DNA of 62,519 bases, filler included, from 4 parts of 4 records of this genome joined end to end with filler, not necessarily neighbours in it; one strand, 5' to 3'. Shown: positions 37,593 through 48,045, counted from the whole stretch's first letter. Notes: generated by a model from the letters alone, not told the origin. Made by a program: numbers and translations.

Positions 37593-38221
37593 GCTTTCAA
37601 CACCCGGTCGGTCCCGATCATCGAGTTGCGGGTGACGATCTCGGCCAGCCGGTCCTCGTCCCAGTCATCCGTCCCGGCGGGGCGCTGAGGCACCACAAGA
37701 TAGCGCAACTCGGCGGTGCTGTCCCAGACCCGCACGGCGACATCCTCAGACAGGTCCACGCCAAACTCGGCCAGCACAGTCCGCGGTTCGCGCACGGCGC
37801 GGGCGCGGTAGGCGGCGGATTTGTACCAGGCGGGCGACATGCCGAGGATCGAGAACGGGTAGCAGGAGCAGAGCGTGCAGACGACCATGTTGTGTTGCGC
37901 GTCGGTGTTCTCAATGGCTTTCAAGTGACCCGTGGCGTTACCCTCGAATCCGAATTCCTTGATCGCTTCCGTTGCGTCCGCCAGCAGGCGCGCCTTGAAA
38001 TCAGGATCGACCCACGCCCGCGCCACCACCTTCGCCCCGCGCATCGGGCCGATATGTTCGGAATAGGCCTCGACCCAGGCATCTATGGTCTCGGAGGAAA
38101 TCAGGCCCTTTTCCACGGCAAGGCTTTCCAGCGCTTTCACCCGAAGTGCCGGGTCGCTTGGCACATGCGAATGGATATGGCGGTGCAAATGGGCGGCGTG
38201 CTTGCTGTCGAATGTGGACAT
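37589..38221 (-). CDS. nthA: Cobalt-type nitrile hydratase alpha subunit
   Basis: [10 protein letters not shown] (Thr/Tyr marks the Co type), [15 protein letters not shown] and VWDSTAE; AAGGAG RBS. Confidence 0.95.
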   Translation of the reverse strand: MSTFDSKHAAHLHRHIHSHVPSDPALRVKALESLAVEKGLISSETIDAWVEAYSEHIGPMRGAKVVARAWVDPDFKARLLADATEAIKEFGFEGNATGHLKAIENTDAQHNMVVCTLCSCYPFSILGMSPAWYKSAAYRARAVREPRTVLAEFGVDLSEDVAVRVWDSTAELRYLVVPQRPAGTDDWDEDRLAEIVTRNSMIGTDRVLKA

Positions 38222-38318
38222 GGACGGGCTCCTTCTTTCGGCAGGGAAAGGCAGGATCGGGGGCATGTCAACATCTGACCTCTGGACAGCGGGCGCGCGG
38301 GCCGCAACAAAGGCGGTC

Positions 38319-38921
38319 ATGCGCGCGGGATTGCCATATGTCCGCCCCGGCATGACCGTGGGCCTGTTCGGAGGATCGTTCGATCCCCCGCATGAGGGTC
38401 ATGTGCACGTGAGCCGTGAGGCGCTGAAACGCTTCGGGCTGGACCGGGTGTGGTGGTTGGTCAGCCCCGGCAACCCGTTGAAGACGGAAGGCCCCGCGCC
38501 GCTGACACGGCGGATGGCGGCGGCTCGGTCGCTGATCCAGCATCCACGCATCGAAGCCACCGATGTCGAGGCGCATCTTGGTACGCGCTATACCGCCGAA
38601 ACGCTGGAGGGGCTGTTCAGGCTTTATCCGGGCGTGCGCTTTGTCTGGCTGATGGGCGCCGACAATCTGGCCAGCTTGCATCGCTGGCAAAGGTGGGACT
38701 GGATCATGGAAAATATCCCCGTGGGCGTTCTGGCCCGGCCCGGTCAGCGGATCTCGGCACGCACCGCGAAGGCTGCGCAGATCTATCGCCGGTTCAAAGT
38801 GCCTGCGACCGGGGCCAAGGGCCTTGCACATCGCGACACACCGGCCTGGTGTTTCTTGAACGTGCCGATGGTCGATGTTTCCTCGACCGAGATCCGGGCG
38901 CGCGGCGACTGGACGCGCTAA
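38319..38921 (+). CDS. nadD: Nicotinate-nucleotide adenylyltransferase
   Basis: [31 protein letters not shown] and SSTEIR motifs. Confidence 0.93.
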   Translation: MRAGLPYVRPGMTVGLFGGSFDPPHEGHVHVSREALKRFGLDRVWWLVSPGNPLKTEGPAPLTRRMAAARSLIQHPRIEATDVEAHLGTRYTAETLEGLFRLYPGVRFVWLMGADNLASLHRWQRWDWIMENIPVGVLARPGQRISARTAKAAQIYRRFKVPATGAKGLAHRDTPAWCFLNVPMVDVSSTEIRARGDWTR

Positions 38922-39766
38922 CGCCGTTCCCGCAGGAACAGGGTCGCAAGGCCCGAGGCGAGGATCAGGGCAAGCCCCAGAAGGGCGCGATCCTGCGGGA
39001 CTTCCGCAAAGATCAGGAAGCCAAGCAGCGTGGCGGCAATCAGCTGGATATAGACGAACGGCGCCAGCCGGGACGCGGGTGCCATGCCCATGGCCACGAT
39101 CAGCAACAGATTACCAAGCGCGGAGCCGAGCGCCGACACCACGGTAAAGGCGGCGACCTCACCCGACATTGGGGGCCAGTGCAGCGCCCCGAATGGCAAT
39201 AGGACGACCGCCCCGATAAGCAGTTGGGTGATCAGCAACTGGCGCGGACGCCCGGCATCGGTCAGCCAGCGCGACGCGGTCAGGTAGGCCCCGTAGCAGC
39301 ACCCCGCAAGCAGCGCGAATCCGATGCCCGGCGACAGGCCAAATCTGGGGTCGACGACCATGACCACACCATAGAACCCGGCCAGCAGAAGACCTGTCCG
39401 CAGCAGCGTGATCCGCTCGCGCAGGAAAAGCGCGGACAGAAAATAGCTCAGGATCGGGCCGACGAAAAAGACGCCGAAGACATTGGCAATCGGCTCGGTT
39501 TTCAGCGCTGTCAGGATGCTGCTGATCCCACCGATCAGAAACGCCGCGCGCAGCCAGATGCGCCAGTCGGACAACAGCCGAAGGGCCGGGCGTGACAGGG
39601 CGAACGGGGCCAGCAGAAAGAAGCCGAGGGCAAAGCGGCTCCAAGCAATGAACAGCGGATTGACGTCGTGAAACGCCCCGAGCAGCCGCCCGGCGCTGTC
39701 CCCCAGAGGGATCAGGAACATGGCCACGGCCATGAGCGGCAAGGCGCGAAGCAGCGGTTGGGTCAT
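38918..39766 (-). CDS. DMT/EamA family transporter
   Basis: About 10 TM; LFLRERI and [11 protein letters not shown] motifs. Confidence 0.85.
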   Translation of the reverse strand: MTQPLLRALPLMAVAMFLIPLGDSAGRLLGAFHDVNPLFIAWSRFALGFFLLAPFALSRPALRLLSDWRIWLRAAFLIGGISSILTALKTEPIANVFGVFFVGPILSYFLSALFLRERITLLRTGLLLAGFYGVVMVVDPRFGLSPGIGFALLAGCCYGAYLTASRWLTDAGRPRQLLITQLLIGAVVLLPFGALHWPPMSGEVAAFTVVSALGSALGNLLLIVAMGMAPASRLAPFVYIQLIAATLLGFLIFAEVPQDRALLGLALILASGLATLFLRERR

Positions 39767-39865
39767 GATCGCGTGATACGGGGCTTTTCGTGGCACCGAA
39801 AGGCTTGAGTGGCGGCCTCGCCTGCGGTTTAGTAGGCGCTGGACGGATAAGAGCATTTGAGCATT

Positions 39866-41353
39866 ATGGTTTCGAGACGCGCATTTCTGGCTGGCACCTT
39901 CGCCAGCCTTGCGCAGGGCGCATTCGCCTTGCCGCCCGAGGTATCCCGCTTTCCGCTGCGTCGCCCCGACGGGTTCGAGCTGCGCACCCTGCCAAGTGCC
40001 GCAGACATCATCGCGCGGGCCGAACTGGGTGGGGCGGTGTCCTGTGTGGTGGCCGACGCGAATTCCGGGCAGGTGCTGGAGGCGGTGAACCCGCTTCTGG
40101 GCTTGCCGCCGGCCTCGGTCACGAAGGCGATGACAACCGCCTATGCGCTGGACAGGCTGGGGCCTGGCTATCGGTTCCGCACCCAGTTGATTGCCGATGG
40201 CACCTTGTCCAACGGGCGCCTGGAGGGCGATTTGTGGCTGGTGGGCGGGGCCGATCCGCTGCTGGATACCGACGCGCTGAACGCCATGGCGCGCGATCTG
40301 GCGGATGCGGGCGTGCGCGAGGTGACCGGCGCATTCCGCGTTGCCTATGGCACGATCCCGCATGTTACGGCCATTGATCCCGATCAGCCCGGCCATGTGG
40401 GCTATAACCCCGCCGTATCGGGGCTGAACCTAAACTTCAATCGGGTGCATTTCGAATGGCAGCGCGCGGAGGAAGGGTATTCCGTGTCCATGGACGCCCG
40501 CTCGGAATCGCTGCGCCCGCCGGTCTCTGTCGCGCATATGCAGGTCGTGGACCGGGATGCGCCGGTCTATGAATATCAGGCGACGGAAGCGCGCGAGGAA
40601 TGGAGCGTCGCGCGCAGGGCATTGGGCCAGAACGGCGCGCGCTGGCTGCCGGTCCGCCGCCCGCATCTTTATGCCGCCGAGGTGTTTCAGGTGCTGGCCC
40701 GGTCCCGCGGGATCGTGCTGGAGCCCGCAATCGTCGGAGAGGCCCCACCCGAGGAAGCGCGGGTCATGGCTGAACATGTGTCGGACCCGCTGGAAGATAT
40801 CCTGCGCGGCATGATGCGGTGGTCGACCAATCTGACGGCAGAGGTGGCGGGGTTGATGGCCACGCAGGCGGGCGGGGTGCAGCCAGACAGTCTGGAACAA
40901 TCCGCCGCCGAAATGGGCCGCTGGATGGAGGAGCGTTTCGGTGTCCGGCATCAGCACTTCCTCGATCATTCGGGACTAAGCGAAGACAGCCGGATCAGCA
41001 CCCGCGAAATGGTGCGCGCGTTGGTTGGCACGGGTCCGAATGGCGGGCTGCGGCGGCTGATGAAGACCATCCCGATCCTCGACGATCAGGGTGCGCCGAT
41101 CCCTGATCATCCGGTTCAGGTGGTGGCCAAGACCGGTACGCTCTATTTCGTTTCAACCCTTGCGGGGTTCGTCCGCGCGCCCTCGGGTCGTGATCTGGCC
41201 TTTGCCGTCTTTTGCGGCGACCTGCCCCGGCGCACCACCTTTGATCCGTCACAGGAAGAACGCCCGCCCGGTGCCCGCAACTACAACAGCCGCGCCAAGC
41301 AGTTGCAGCAAGAGCTGATTGAACGGTGGGCTCTTGTCCATGACCGGACCTGA
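39866..41353 (+). CDS. dacB: D-Ala-D-Ala carboxypeptidase/endopeptidase (PBP4, S13)
   Basis: Tat signal SRRAFL; PASVTK (SxxK), STN (SxN), DHSGLS and KTG motifs. Confidence 0.92.
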   Translation: MVSRRAFLAGTFASLAQGAFALPPEVSRFPLRRPDGFELRTLPSAADIIARAELGGAVSCVVADANSGQVLEAVNPLLGLPPASVTKAMTTAYALDRLGPGYRFRTQLIADGTLSNGRLEGDLWLVGGADPLLDTDALNAMARDLADAGVREVTGAFRVAYGTIPHVTAIDPDQPGHVGYNPAVSGLNLNFNRVHFEWQRAEEGYSVSMDARSESLRPPVSVAHMQVVDRDAPVYEYQATEAREEWSVARRALGQNGARWLPVRRPHLYAAEVFQVLARSRGIVLEPAIVGEAPPEEARVMAEHVSDPLEDILRGMMRWSTNLTAEVAGLMATQAGGVQPDSLEQSAAEMGRWMEERFGVRHQHFLDHSGLSEDSRISTREMVRALVGTGPNGGLRRLMKTIPILDDQGAPIPDHPVQVVAKTGTLYFVSTLAGFVRAPSGRDLAFAVFCGDLPRRTTFDPSQEERPPGARNYNSRAKQLQQELIERWALVHDRT

Positions 41354-41462
41354 ACATTCGTCGCAAACAGGCGCGACAGGGGCCGTTTTTCAGCATTGAC
41401 TGACCGGACTGCCGCCAAGGGAATTTTACCCGCGCGGCCCCCGTTTCAGGATCGGACAAGGG

Positions 41463-42497
41463 TTGTCGGACATCACGCCGAACTCGGTTGGGGCCGCAAC
41501 GCCCCGCGCAATTGAAGGCATTTCCAGCGCTGTTCTGGGGATGGCCTTTTTCGTCGTGCAAGACGGGATGATGAAATCGCTGCTGGAGGACTACACTGTC
41601 TGGCAGTTGATCGTGACGCGCGGGATTATGGCGGTGCTGGTGATGGTGCCGATGATCCTGTGGTTCGGGCACCCGCACCGGCTGCTTACACCCCTTTGGC
41701 GGTTGCACTTGCTGCGCGCCTTTCTGCTGGCCACTGGCTTTGCCGCCTTTTACGGGGCGTTCCCCTTCATGGGGCTGGCCGAGGTATCGACGCTGTTCTT
41801 CTCGGCCCCGCTGATCATTGCGGTTCTGGCGGCCGTCTGGCTGAAGGAGAGCATCGGCCCGCACCGGACGGCGGCCTTGCTCGTCGGTTTCGTCGGTGTG
41901 TTGATCGCGATGAACCCGACGGGTGAGGCCTTTAGCTGGGTCGCGCTGATGCCGCTGACCTGCGCCCTGTTCTATGCGATTGCCCAGATTCTGGCGCGCC
42001 GGATCGGGGACCGCGAAACCACGCTGACCACAGCACTTTATACGCTGGTCTTTTCCGGGCTGCTGATCATCCCGTTCGGCTGGCTGACCAATGCAATCGT
42101 TACGATCCCGGCCGAATATACCCATCTGCAATTCACATGGGTGCTGCCCACCGGGTGGGAAATTGGCCGTCTGGCGCTGCTCGGGGCTGTCGGGCTGGTG
42201 GGGTATTTCCTGCTGACCCGCGCCTACATGGTCACCTCCGCCAGCCTCGTGGCCCCGTTTGACTATGTCTACCTGCCAATAGCCTCGGTGATGGCCTACC
42301 TGCTGTGGCAAGAGGTGCCCGGCCCCGCCACTCTGACAGGGATGGGGATGATCATCGTCAGTGGGCTTTACCTGGGCTACCGCGAATTGCGGTCGTCCCG
42401 TGCGACGCTGAGCCCGCACCCTGTGGCGCAATCCTCAGTGGCGCCGGGCAATCCGGTGGCCCCGATGACAGTGACGCTGGACGTGGAAGAAAACTAG
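41463..42497 (+). CDS. DMT/EamA family transporter
   Basis: About 10 TM; FSAPL, LKESIG and ASLVAPFDY motifs. Start uncertain. Confidence 0.85.
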   Translation: MSDITPNSVGAATPRAIEGISSAVLGMAFFVVQDGMMKSLLEDYTVWQLIVTRGIMAVLVMVPMILWFGHPHRLLTPLWRLHLLRAFLLATGFAAFYGAFPFMGLAEVSTLFFSAPLIIAVLAAVWLKESIGPHRTAALLVGFVGVLIAMNPTGEAFSWVALMPLTCALFYAIAQILARRIGDRETTLTTALYTLVFSGLLIIPFGWLTNAIVTIPAEYTHLQFTWVLPTGWEIGRLALLGAVGLVGYFLLTRAYMVTSASLVAPFDYVYLPIASVMAYLLWQEVPGPATLTGMGMIIVSGLYLGYRELRSSRATLSPHPVAQSSVAPGNPVAPMTVTLDVEEN

Positions 42498-42501
42498 CCG
42501 A

Positions 42502-42921
42502 TCAGACCGTCATATGACGGGCCCGCGCCCCGCGCTCGATCGCGGCGGCGTGCAGCCGGTCGATATTGAACTGATAGCGGATTTCCTGAAGCATTTGCAG
42601 TTCGGTCTGCCGCAACAGCCCGTCTGCTGCCGCCACATCACAGGCCAGCGCATACCCGGTTTCAAACAGCCGTTCGGGCAAGGAATCGTTGATCAGGCCG
42701 AACAGTGCATCCAGCCCGTCCTCTTCCTCGAACAAATCGAACACGATCCGGGAAATGACGCTGAGATGGTCGGCATCGAATTCAGCAAACACCGGCAGGT
42801 GATTGATGATGCGTTCAATGGTGACCAACTCGGACGTGCGGATATTCTCATCCGACACGGACACGGCGATCATCAGCGCGACAAGCGCATCCTGAGGGGA
42901 GAGGGAGGGTTGTTCGGTCAC
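42502..42921 (-). CDS. TerB-family protein
   Basis: SPQDALVALM, ETGYALACDVAAADG and AAAIERGARAR pattern of alphaproteobacterial TerB-like proteins. Confidence 0.8.
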   Translation of the reverse strand: MTEQPSLSPQDALVALMIAVSVSDENIRTSELVTIERIINHLPVFAEFDADHLSVISRIVFDLFEEEDGLDALFGLINDSLPERLFETGYALACDVAAADGLLRQTELQMLQEIRYQFNIDRLHAAAIERGARARHMTV

Positions 42922-42993
42922 GAGTCTGATGCCTTCCAATGCGGGTACCGACCAGAGACTAGGGTCAGCCGCCCATGGGGGCAAGGGGACGTG

Positions 42994-43032
42994 ACGCCGC
43001 CGCGCCAAGGGAATGCGAAAGCGCGGCGGCGT
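42994..43032. terminator. GC-rich hairpin immediately 3' of dddW
   Basis: 12-bp perfect stem ACGCCGCCGCGC/GCGCGGCGGCGT; no clear U-tract. Confidence 0.45.
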
Positions 43033-43039
43033 GTCTCGC

Positions 43040-43522
43040 TCAGGCGCTTGTGGCGCTGAAACGATACTGGACGGATTCGAAGCTGCCTTCGGCGAATCCG
43101 TAGGTGAACCGCAGCCCCTCGGGTCCGGCGACAACGCCATGTTCCGCGCCTGCGGGCACATAGATGGCGACACCGGGGTCCATCTGGTGGGCAATGCCCT
43201 CGATCGTAACGACGCCCGAACCTTCGATGCCAAGATAGAATTCCGCCGGATCGTGGCGGTGCGGCAGCAGGGTGCCATGGGGGCCGAACTCGGCAATGCC
43301 CAGAACGAACTCACGCGGGACATCGGGGGTGCCGTTGATCAGCGTGCGCCAGGTGACGGTGCCATAGGTGGGGTCGCCCCCTTCCTGCGCCACGTCATCG
43401 GCATGGATCGAGAACGCCTCGGACGACGGCGCGTAGGGGCTGTTGTCTGCAGGGGCATGGGCCACGAAGATCTGGTCCTCGGCGGGCAGGCTGTTGGCGG
43501 CGGCGCTGGCGAGTTTGGTCAT
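43040..43522 (-). CDS. dddW: Cupin DMSP lyase DddW
   Basis: Cupin motifs HRH...EFY and PAGAEH; GTV.WRTL, GIAEFGP, AGPEGLRF.YGF and YRF segments match my recollection of Ruegeria pomeroyi DddW; divergent LysR gene. Confidence 0.85.
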   Translation of the reverse strand: MTKLASAAANSLPAEDQIFVAHAPADNSPYAPSSEAFSIHADDVAQEGGDPTYGTVTWRTLINGTPDVPREFVLGIAEFGPHGTLLPHRHDPAEFYLGIEGSGVVTIEGIAHQMDPGVAIYVPAGAEHGVVAGPEGLRFTYGFAEGSFESVQYRFSATSA

Positions 43523-43607
43523 CTAAGGGGTCCTTCTTAGCCCGTGTGATGAGACGAGATTGCGCATTGTTCGATTGCAAGGCAATGCGCTAAAGGTGGA
43601 GAAGATC

Positions 43608-43622
43608 ATACGGTGAGATTAT
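43608..43622. promoter_or_regulatory. LysR-type T-N11-A box
   Basis: ATA-CGGTGAGAT-TAT abutting the LysR ATG. Confidence 0.5.
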
Positions 43623-43623
43623 A

Positions 43624-44514
43624 ATGTCTTCGCGCCTGCCCCCCTTTTCCGGCCTGACGGCTTTCTACGCCGCGGTACGCCACGGTACACTGACAGGCGC
43701 AGCGCGCGAGCTGAATGTCTCGCAGCCAGCCGTGTCACGCAGGATTGCGGCGCTGGAACAGGATTTGGGCTGCCGATTGTTCGACCGTGGTCACAAGCCA
43801 GCGCGTTTAACCCAACAAGGACGGGAGATGATGCGCGCTTTGCGGACAGGATTTGGCCAGATCGAAGCCGCAGCCGAGACGATCCGCAGGGGCAATGCCA
43901 AGCGGGTGGTGACGGTCACGGGGCCGTCGGGTTTCGTCGGATTCTGGCTGATCCCGAAGCTGGCGGAACTGGAGGCGGCCTTTCCAGAGATGACAATCAG
44001 GATCATAAGCCAGGAGTATGGTGATCCGGATCGTCCTGGCGACATTTCCATCCGCTATGGACTTGCAAGTGAGGCGGAACCGCTGGCCCGGCGTATCCTG
44101 GGTGACGAGGTCTTTCCGGTGGCAAGCCCCCACTATCTCGCACGCCATGCCAGCCCGCCGGATCTGGCGAAACTGACGCTGCTGACGATGGAATCGGCCC
44201 GCCAGCACTGGCATGACTGGCCAAGCTGGTTCGAAGCGGCGGGCGGACGGATGCCGGAGAGCGTGCGGCAGCTCGACTTCAACTCCTATGCGATGCTGGT
44301 CAACGCGGCGCTGGCAGGGCAGGGTGTGTGCCTGTGCTGGTCGGGCCTGTTGGACAGTTTCCTGTCCTCGGGTGCGATGGTGCGGATCGACGGACCGTCG
44401 GCCCGGTCGGTGCGCGGCTATTTCATCACCCGCCGCGACGGGCTGGCCGCGAATGAGGAAGTGACGCGGATTCATGACTGGATCGTCGCGGAAGCCATGA
44501 TTCAAGGGGCCTGA
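43624..44514 (+). CDS. LysR-family (GcvA-like) regulator
   Basis: LTAFYAAVRHG...AARELNVSQPAVSRRI..LE..LG..LF HTH; AALAGQGV. Confidence 0.93.
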   Translation: MSSRLPPFSGLTAFYAAVRHGTLTGAARELNVSQPAVSRRIAALEQDLGCRLFDRGHKPARLTQQGREMMRALRTGFGQIEAAAETIRRGNAKRVVTVTGPSGFVGFWLIPKLAELEAAFPEMTIRIISQEYGDPDRPGDISIRYGLASEAEPLARRILGDEVFPVASPHYLARHASPPDLAKLTLLTMESARQHWHDWPSWFEAAGGRMPESVRQLDFNSYAMLVNAALAGQGVCLCWSGLLDSFLSSGAMVRIDGPSARSVRGYFITRRDGLAANEEVTRIHDWIVAEAMIQGA

Positions 44515-44596
44515 ATGTTGACCCCGCGCCTCGCCCGCCCTAGGAAGCGGCGGGTTTCAGCGTATGGTGCGCTGCCCACCCATTCTGGAGAATGAA

Positions 44597-46120
44597 ATGT
44601 CTGATCTGCGCGACGTTGCAATGAGCTCGAAAGCATGGCCCTTCGAAGAAGCGCGCCGTGTGCTCAAACGTTATGAGAAGACGCCGCCGGAAAAGGGCTA
44701 TGTGCTGTTCGAAACCGGCTATGGGCCGTCGGGTCTGCCGCATATCGGGACGTTCGGCGAAGTGCTGCGCACCACGATGATCCGCCACGCGTTCGAGGTG
44801 ATTTCGGACATCCCCACCAAGCTCATTTGCTTTTCCGACGATCTGGATGGAATGCGGAAAGTGCCGGGGAATGTGCCCGATCAGGACATGCTGAAAGAGC
44901 ATTTGCAAAAGCCGCTGACCTCGGTGCCCGATCCGTTTGGCACGCATGACAGTTTTGGCGATCATAACAACGCGATGCTGCGCCGGTTCCTTGATACGTT
45001 CGGCTTCGAATATGACTTCTATTCGGCCACTGAATTCTATCGCTCGGGCCAGTTTGACACGATCCTGCTGCGCGCGGCGGAACGCTATGATGCGTTGATG
45101 AAAGTGATGCTGAAGAGCCTGCGCGAGGAGCGTCGCCAGACCTATTCGATCTTCCTGCCGATCCATCCCGAAACCGGGCGGGTTCTGTATGTTCCCATGA
45201 AGCATGTGGACGCGGAAAACGGCACGATCACGTTTGACGACGAAGATGGGCGCGAATGGACGCTGCCGGTCACCGGCGGCAACGTAAAGCTGCAATGGAA
45301 GCCGGATTTCGGTGCCCGTTGGGCGGCGCTTGGCGTGGACTTTGAAATGTACGGCAAGGACCATTCCACCAACACGCCGATCTATGACGCGATCTGCCGG
45401 ATTTTGGGAGAACCCGCGCCGGAGCATTTCACCTATGAACTGTTCCTTGACGATCAGGGGCAGAAGATCTCCAAGTCTTCGGGCAACGGGATCTCGATCG
45501 ACGAATGGCTGACCTATGCCTCGACGGAATCTCTGAGCTACTTCATGTATCTCAAGCCGAAGACCGCGAAGCGCCTTTACTTTGATGTGATCCCCAAGGC
45601 GGTGGACGAATACCATCAGCAGCTGAACGCCTATCACACTCAAAACGCCGAACAAAAACTGGCGAACCCGGTTTATCATATTCATGGTGGAGTGGTTCCG
45701 GTCAGCACGATGGTGGTGCCGTTCGCGATGCTGCTGAATCTTGCCAGCGTGTCGGGCGCACAGGAGAAATCGAAGCTGTGGGGCTTTATCCAGCGTTATG
45801 CGCCTGATGCAAGTCCCGAGGGCAATCCGGACCTTGATCAGGCCGCGGGTTTCGCGATCAGCTACTACAATGATTTCGTGAAGCCGACGCGCGCGTTCCG
45901 CCTTGCCGATGACAAGGAAAAGGCTGCGATGGAGGAGCTGTTGGTCTGCCTTGGCGATGCGGACAAAGCCCTTGATGTCATTGCCAGAAAGAACGCCGAA
46001 GCGGGCCGCGACGACGCGCTGCCAGAGGTCAACTGGAACGACGATGAATTCCTGCAATCCATCGTTTTCGCAATCGGCAAAACCCATGGGTTCGAGCCGC
46101 TGCGCGACTGGTTCAAGGCG
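44597..46120 (+). CDS. lysS: Class I lysine--tRNA ligase (3' truncated)
   Basis: [30 protein letters not shown] and KISKSSGN motifs. Confidence 0.95.
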
Positions 46121-46220
46121 NNNNNNNNNNNNNNNNNNNNNNNNNNNNNNNNNNNNNNNNNNNNTTAATTAATTAANNNNNNNNNNNNNNNNNNNNNNNN
46201 NNNNNNNNNNNNNNNNNNNN
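46121..46220. other. Artificial contig spacer
   Basis: 44 N + TTAATTAATTAA + 44 N. Confidence 0.98.
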
Positions 46221-46221
46221 C

Positions 46222-46917
46222 ATGATGCGCGTCAGCGTTGTGGCCACCGGGATCGATGCGGTCGAAGTCAACACCGACATCCCCGTGCCGCGCCGCTCTA
46301 TGAGTGCGCCGTTGAAACCACAGACCGTGGCCGAAGAGGCACCTGCCGAGGTGGCTGAAGAAACACCCATGGTGGCCGAGGCCGCACAGGCCGAAGATCA
46401 GGCACCGCTGTTTGAAGATCTCGACGTGCAACGCGCCGCTGAGGAAGAACAGGTGGATCACCTGTTTGCCGAAGACAGCGCCGATGCGGACGATCTGCCC
46501 CCTCCGGCCTATCAGCCGCAGGTCGCAGCCTTTGAACCCCGTCAGGAAGAAAGCCTTGAGGCTGAGCCTGATACATTTGTGGCACCACGTGCTCCGGCCC
46601 CCGGAACTCCATCTCCAGAGGCGCTGGCGCGTCTGCGGGCCGCGGCCCAGAAGGCCGCACCAGAGCAGCAGCAAGCCCCCGCTGCCGCCCCGCAATCGGC
46701 CCCGCAGGCCGAGAAGCCACGCTTTGGAATCAACTCGCTGATCAACCGTATGACCGGCCATGCAGAAGGCGAAGCGCAGCAGCGCCCAGCTCGCCAGCAG
46801 CCCCAAATGCCGCCTCAGCACGGGCAGGCAGCCGCCGCGCCTCAGCCGCAAGAAACCTCTGATCCCGATCAGGAACGGATCGAGATTCCCGCGTTTTTGC
46901 GGCGTCAGGCAAACTAA
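46222..46917 (+). CDS. ftsZ: FtsZ C-terminal part (5' truncated)
   Basis: RVSVVATGID, long Pro/Ala/Glu linker, EIPAFLRRQAN terminus; upstream of lpxC. Confidence 0.95.
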   Translation: MMRVSVVATGIDAVEVNTDIPVPRRSMSAPLKPQTVAEEAPAEVAEETPMVAEAAQAEDQAPLFEDLDVQRAAEEEQVDHLFAEDSADADDLPPPAYQPQVAAFEPRQEESLEAEPDTFVAPRAPAPGTPSPEALARLRAAAQKAAPEQQQAPAAAPQSAPQAEKPRFGINSLINRMTGHAEGEAQQRPARQQPQMPPQHGQAAAAPQPQETSDPDQERIEIPAFLRRQAN

Positions 46918-46937
46918 ACGCCTCACAAATGAGCCAC

Positions 46938-46965
46938 AAAGGGTCGCTTTTTAGCGGCCCTTTTT
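46938..46965 (+). terminator. Intrinsic terminator after ftsZ
   Basis: GGGTCGCT-TTTT-AGCGGCCC stem-loop followed by TTTTT. Confidence 0.75.
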
Positions 46966-47013
46966 CGTTTTAAATCAGCGTTCTAGTTTGCCGGTGGCGT
47001 CTTTGCGCTCAAT

Positions 47014-47041
47014 CGTTACAGCCATGTTTCAGTCCGTTACA
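47014..47041 (+). promoter_or_regulatory. Phased direct repeats upstream of lpxC
   Basis: CGTTACA (47014), TGTTTCA (47025), CGTTACA (47035): 11- and 10-bp period. Confidence 0.5.
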
Positions 47042-47121
47042 AAGATTGAGTTGAGGCTGCGGTGCCTGCCCCTTACTTCCATGGCAACCGCTGCGGCGGG
47101 ATTCGGATACAGGCGGACTGC

Positions 47122-48045
47122 GTGCAGAACACGATCAAATCTTCCATCAGCTTTACGGGCAAAGGGCTGCACTCCGGTGCGCCGGCCACCGTGACCCTGC
47201 GCCCCGCCGGGGCCCATCACGGCATCTGGTTTTCCCGCAGCGATGTTTTGGTTGGTGACCGTCTGATCCCCGCCCGTTGGGATGCGGTGAACCGTTCGCC
47301 TTTGTGTACCAAACTGGAAAATGCCTCTGGTCTGGCCGTCTCGACGGTTGAACATCTGATGGCGGCGCTGGCCGGTTGCGGTATCCACAACGCGATGATT
47401 GACATCGACGGACCCGAAGTGCCGATCCTTGATGGGTCTGCGATCCCGTTTGTGCGCGGCATTATGCAACGCGGCATTCGGCAGTTGTCTGCGCCCGTGA
47501 TGGCGTTTGAGGTGCTCAAGACCGTCACTGTGCGGGACGGTGAGGCCACCGCAACAATCGCGCCAGCGGACACGCTGCGCATTGATTTCGAGATTGATTT
47601 CACCGATGCGGCCATTGGGCATCAGAAAAAGTCTTTGGTGATGAACAACGGATCCTTCGCCCGTGAGCTGTGTGACAGCCGCACGTTCTGCCGTCAGGCA
47701 GATGTGGATGCGATGCAGGCCAATGGTCTGGCGCTGGGTGGCGATTCTGGTGAAAACGCTGTTGTCTTTGACGGTGACCGTGTGGTCAGCCCGGGTGGTC
47801 TGCGCTATGCGGATGAGCCTGTGCGCCACAAGATGCTGGATGCTTTGGGTGATCTGGCTTTGGCGGGAGCGCCGATTTTGGGCCATTATACCGGGTTTCG
47901 CGCAGGTCATTCCCTGACCAACACCTTGCTGCGTGCGCTCTTTGCCACGCCTGGTGCGGTGCGGTTGATCACCTGTGATGCACAGACAGCAGCGCGGTTG
48001 CCGGGTGCAGGCCTGATCTGGGACGAAATTCCGCAGGTTGCCTGA
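47122..48045 (+). CDS. lpxC: UDP-3-O-acyl-GlcNAc deacetylase
   Basis: G.GLHSG, TVEHLMAAL, EVPILDGS, RTF and HKMLDALGD motifs. Confidence 0.96.
   Translation: MQNTIKSSISFTGKGLHSGAPATVTLRPAGAHHGIWFSRSDVLVGDRLIPARWDAVNRSPLCTKLENASGLAVSTVEHLMAALAGCGIHNAMIDIDGPEVPILDGSAIPFVRGIMQRGIRQLSAPVMAFEVLKTVTVRDGEATATIAPADTLRIDFEIDFTDAAIGHQKKSLVMNNGSFARELCDSRTFCRQADVDAMQANGLALGGDSGENAVVFDGDRVVSPGGLRYADEPVRHKMLDALGDLALAGAPILGHYTGFRAGHSLTNTLLRALFATPGAVRLITCDAQTAARLPGAGLIWDEIPQVA

Noticed and set aside
42502..42921. TerB as part of a Ter stress or defence island
   Set aside because: Solitary gene in a housekeeping neighbourhood, with no other ter genes.
35454..44514. Joint nitrile hydratase-DddW acrylate pathway
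   Set aside because: Separated by housekeeping genes, with no shared regulator or motif; the link is chemical association only.
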